Source: Xylella taiwanensis (GTDB lineage: Bacteria > Pseudomonadota > Gammaproteobacteria > Xanthomonadales > Xanthomonadaceae). Taken from it: DNA of 32,000 nt. The stretch lies in assembly GCF_013177435.1 (NCBI RefSeq), contig NZ_CP053627.1:1110001-1142000 (forward strand), read 5' to 3'. The notes below the pieces were generated by a model, which did no database searches, had not been told where the DNA came from, and saw nothing but the letters and a program-made list of their open reading frames with translations. Below are positions 28,941-32,000 of the stretch, in pieces; within the stretch, counting starts at the first letter, position 1, and each line of letters starts with the position of its first letter. The position numbers and the translations under genes were made by a program.

Positions 28941-29262
28941 TTTATGGTGTCAGTCGGCGACTTCATAGATGTCAGGACCAGTGTGGGTTCAGTGAATGGC
29001 AAACCGTCCTAAGAAAGCCAGAGAAAATTTGGTTGGTGTATTTATATCGTTGTTTACCTCCTATGGGATTTGAGGTTTGTTTTTAATCGTGATCTTTCTT
29101 CAGGTTTTACTGCTTGTGGTTTGCAAGATCAGTCCAAATTGATCCATGGAGGTGAGAGGATGGGGTTGGAATCAGATTCATCAATGTTGTCTTTACAGAG
29201 GGGCTGTGTTCGATAGGGATGAGATTGCCAATGAATATCCACAACGTCTTGTACACAGTTCC

Positions 29263-29763
29263 ATGATCGTTTCGTTAATTGCTGCGTTGGATCTTTGCTA
29301 CGCTATCGGCCGTGGTAACGACTTACCGTGGCACCTGCCTGATGATCTGAAGCGTTTCAAGGCATTGACCTTAGGTCGACCTGTGCTGATGGGTCGCAAG
29401 ACTGCTTACTCGCTTGGGCGTGCCTTGCCAGGGAGAACCAATCTGGTGTTGACCCGTTCTGGGCAAATCCCATTTCCGGGGATGCGGGTGGTGGATTCAC
29501 TGGATGCGGCTATCGCGCAGGCAGCTGCGGAGGGTACCGACAGGTTAAGTGTGATTGGTGGGGGTGAACTGTATGCATTGACCTTGCCGTATGCCAATGT
29601 CCTGTACTTGACTCACGTGGATGTGGCCGTCGTGGGTGCTGACGCGTATTTTCCTATGTTCGATCCTGCTGATTGGGAGATCATGACACGTGAATCCCAT
29701 AAGGCTGATATGCATCATGCATACGCGTTTACCTTTATCGATTATTATCGCCGATATAGTTAG
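29263..29763 (+). CDS. folA: Dihydrofolate reductase FolA
   Basis: ATG 29263 gives a 166 aa product: MIVSLIAAL..AIGRGNDLPWHLPDDLKRFKALTLGRPVLMGRKT, NLVLTR, IGGGELY. The 39-codon extension was rejected. Confidence 0.9.
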   Translation: MIVSLIAALDLCYAIGRGNDLPWHLPDDLKRFKALTLGRPVLMGRKTAYSLGRALPGRTNLVLTRSGQIPFPGMRVVDSLDAAIAQAAAEGTDRLSVIGGGELYALTLPYANVLYLTHVDVAVVGADAYFPMFDPADWEIMTRESHKADMHHAYAFTFIDYYRRYS

Positions 29764-29986
29764 TGCATCCTGACGATCTGGCGTTTCTGCAACACCTGCA
29801 GTGACTAGTGAAGTCATGTGCAGTAGATGCTTCCCGATAATGGTTGGTCAGAAAAAGTATCCGGATAAATTGAAAGTCAGTGATGCATTCCTGATGACTT
29901 TGTTTCTCTCGCTTTATCCTTATCCTCTACAAAAACAATGTGCTGAATAAGTAGCTGTGGAACGATGCCGCAGTTGGTATTAGGGA

Positions 29987-30203
29987 CTAGCGACACGATT
30001 GTAAGCCATCGGCAATCGGAGCCAAGCCAATCAAGGTGATGAGCATGACATCAAGCTTCTCGTCTTTGGAGCAAATACAGCGATAACTTTTGAGCCTGCG
30101 GAACAGGCGTTCGGCCTTATTGCAGCGCTTGTACATCTTGAGGTCATATTCCCAATTTCCAAAGCTCTATGTCTGTGCACAGCGGCGGTACGACGGCGAT
30201 GGA
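29987..30203 (-). pseudogene. IS5-family (DDE_Tnp_1-type) transposase remnant, C-terminal ~70 codons only, with an in-frame stop
   Basis: My hand translation of the minus strand is PPSPSYRRCAQT*SFGNWEYDLKMYKRCNKAERLFRRLKSYRCICSKDEKLDVMLITLIGLAPIADGL...*. It matches the IS5-family C-terminal pattern Y-K-x-R-x-x-x-E-R-x-F-x-x-L-K-x-x-R-x-I-x-x-R/K-x-D/E-K-L. The reading frame is cut off at 30203 by the Tn3-type inverted repeat. Confidence 0.6.
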
Positions 30204-30241
30204 GGGGGCTTTTGCGAGAGAGGGCGGAATCCTACGATAAA
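30204..30241. repeat. Terminal inverted repeat of a Tn3-family transposon (one end only)
   Basis: GGGGCTTTTGCGAGAGAGGGCGGAATCCTACGATAAAG is 38 nt. It starts with GGGG and ends in ACGATAAAG, the canonical Tn3-family IR layout (GGGG...ACGNTAAG, as I recall for Tn21/Tn1721/Tn501). It lies exactly at the 3' end of the tnpA-homologous reading frames. Confidence 0.6.
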
Positions 30242-30945
30242 GTTTTGGCCAACGATATTCTCCGGTGTGATTGATGTGCTCCCATCCGAGCGGCGAGATA
30301 TGAGCCAGCAGATCGAGTAATGGCAATTTAACCTTGCTTTTCTGGTTGGCGACGATTTCGGCCAACTGTATGGTGTTCCTGAAGAGAATGATCGCGGCAA
30401 GCAGGTTCATGTCGGTGATCTGGTAGTACTCGCCTTCGGCAGAACGGTCGCGGATTTGGCCCCGGCGATGGAAGCTGATAGCTCCTTTGAGCGTGTGATG
30501 GGCTTCGTCCTTGTTGAGCCCGATATGGGCGTGGCGTTATCTGACTGGGCGTGATGCTTCTGGCTGTAATGGTGGTGGCAATGCGCAGGATGTCAGGCTA
30601 GTTGCGCTCGATCATGGCTTGATTGATTTTTCCGCCGCTCATGGCCCACAGGCGTACCGGGACGGTCGAAGGATTGAAAGCGTAGAGTTGTTCGGACGGC
30701 AGATCGCGGATGCACGGAGCAAACCGGTAGCCAGCAATAGCGCATGCGGCAAAAACATGATCAGTGAAGCCGCCTGTGTTGACCAATTGCTCTGGGATAT
30801 AACAACCGGCATTCGTTTATGAATAGGCCGTCGAGGATGTAGGGGACTTCGCTTGCCGTTGCAGGGATCATTTGGGTTGCGAACGGCGCATTTCTAGTGT
30901 TCTGCCCTGTGCGTTGGTTGATTCGCACATCGAAGATTTAATCCT
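30204..30945 (-). mobile_element. tnpA: Tn3-family transposon end with a degraded tnpA: only the C-terminal ~250 codons, frameshifted and internally deleted
   Basis: ORF-track fragments carry hallmark Tn3 TnpA strings: VNTGGFTDHVFAACAIAGYRFAPCIRDL (30598-30786) and NLLAAIILFRNTIQLAEIV...LLAHISPLGWEHINHTGEYRW (30144-30410). My hand translation adds APFATQMIPATASEVPYILDGL (about 30830-30895) and IGLNKDEAHHTLKGAISFHRRGQIRDRS (about 30440-30525). The frames differ between fragments. Only about 60 nt separate ...INQAMIERN from ...IGLNKDEA, where intact homologues have a much longer segment. Confidence 0.8.
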
Positions 30946-31614
30946 GTAGCTTTAATTATAAATCTTGGTAGCGTTCGAGGATGGGTGCTGTGCTGAAATT
31001 GTCTTGTCCGACGTGTCCACATGAGTGACAAACAGATGCACCAGTTTGGATGCGTTTGCCACCACGCACCGCACAGGAGCTACGCTGCAGGCCGATGGTG
31101 ACTTATATCGCGTCGTTCACGTGATTGATGACGAATATCGCTGGAACCGAAGTTCGGGGAGCAATGGAACAGGAAAGTCAGTTAAATCGTCGCATTCCAG
31201 CCTAAGCCCCTGATTACGTTGGCTGCCAATTTTTTACCGGAACAATGTCACAAGATAGACCATTAAAGCTGCACCCATTGCTATAACTGTGTAGTTCGTC
31301 TTGCGGTTTGCTCTTTGGCAATCTGCCATTGCCGCTTCGCTAATTGTTTTTGGACCTTGTCAAACAAACGTGTTGGAAATGGTGAATCCGAAAACGGCCA
31401 AGACCAGAGCCAACGACATAGTGTTGCGCTTGACTCTTGGTCATGCTGAAACTCCTTTGTCGATCACAGGTGAGTGCGAGAGAAACGAGGCTTTATCTCT
31501 TAAGCGAAGTAGAATGCCAAAGTAAAAAGCAGAAACCTGCTATGAATCTCCCCTAGTTCCTGGCCGTGTTTGCAGGTGCCAACTATTCAGTGGTGTAGCG
31601 ACAGGATCTGCAAG

Positions 31615-32000
31615 CTACGATCCGTTTGCCATCAAGCGATAGCCAATGCCAAGTTCGTTCATGATGAGCGCAGGGCGTGCTGGATCGATTTCGAGCTTCT
31701 GGCGCAGGTTCCTCACGACGATCCGCAGATAGTCGATCCGTCGGTCGACTTCATAGGGCCAGACGGCTGCGAGCACGCTCTGATGGGTTATAACGCGACC
31801 GGGATGCAGCGCGAGTTGCTGCAGAACCTCGAACTCCTTGCGGGTCAGGTGCACCTCCACTGCGTCACGGGTGACGATTCGGTTGGCAAGATCGATGGTG
31901 ATGGCGCCAGCGCAGACCAACGCGGAAGCGCCCTGTGCCTCGACCCGATCACGAATATTGGCCCGCAACCGCGCCAGCACTTCCTCGCTGTCAAACGGCT
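31615..32000 (-). CDS. kdpE: KdpE-like OmpR-family response regulator, C-terminal (DNA-binding) part; the start lies beyond the window
   Basis: The frame is open to the window edge (FDSEEVLARLRANIRDR...). The winged-helix region LTRKEFEVLQQLALHPGRVITHQSVLAAVWP...YLRIVVRNLRQKLEIDPARPALIMNELGIGYRL closely parallels KdpE (YLRIYMGHLRQKLEQDPARPRHFITETGIGYRF). Sampled lines are about 57-60% GC, higher than the rest of the window. Confidence 0.7.
   Translation of the reverse strand, partial: PFDSEEVLARLRANIRDRVEAQGASALVCAGAITIDLANRIVTRDAVEVHLTRKEFEVLQQLALHPGRVITHQSVLAAVWPYEVDRRIDYLRIVVRNLRQKLEIDPARPALIMNELGIGYRLMANGS

Noticed and set aside
31025-31525. ORFs of 62 and 74 codons between the Tn3 fragment and the kdpE-like gene
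   Set aside because: No motifs, no RBS, and atypical composition. They are probably relic sequence.
1-32000. CRISPR arrays, tRNA or rRNA genes
   Set aside because: There are no spaced direct repeats of 25-40 nt; the only tandem array is the coding hexamer tract. The intergenic regions I inspected show no cloverleaf-like or rRNA-like sequence.

Overview
By eye this window is a roughly 50% GC chromosomal core segment of a Xylella-type Xanthomonadaceae genome. This rests on gene content and order only; no search was run. Left to right it contains: the tail of the gum exopolysaccharide operon (gumJ partial, gumK, an ORF-free gap where Xanthomonas carries gumL, gumM); a convergent REC-HPt phosphorelay protein; rlmD; a CYTH protein; nagZ-hpt-MTA/MTI phosphorylase; cspA; a compositionally foreign-looking autotransporter locus; smpB / ratA-rnfH / bamE / fur; recN; the hrcA-grpE-dnaK-dnaJ heat-shock cluster; a tyrA-type dehydrogenase; a 1.36 kb ORF-poor gap; an orphan OmpR-type response regulator; dgkA; lgt-thyA; and folA. 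The right end (from about 29.99 kb) is nested mobile-element debris: a Tn3-family end inserted in an IS5-family transposase remnant, followed by a higher-GC segment ending in a partial kdpE-like regulator. I found no CRISPR array, tRNA, rRNA or tmRNA, and no convincing novel multi-gene system such as a defence island. The parts that merit a second look are: (1) the low-GC autotransporter, which has a 7-copy ALSxDGKxAGGY repeat passenger and a 58-unit CAACCN (Gln-Pro) tract whose 5' half is nearly pure CCCCAA; (2) three ORF-poor stretches of about 0.8 to 1.4 kb (2073-2935, 9761-11126, 24398-24754 onward to 25754); (3) the mobile-element scar and the foreign segment next to folA. All protein family calls come from motif recognition in the supplied translations. 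Several ORF-track starts were trimmed to the first start codon that matches the conserved N-terminus.
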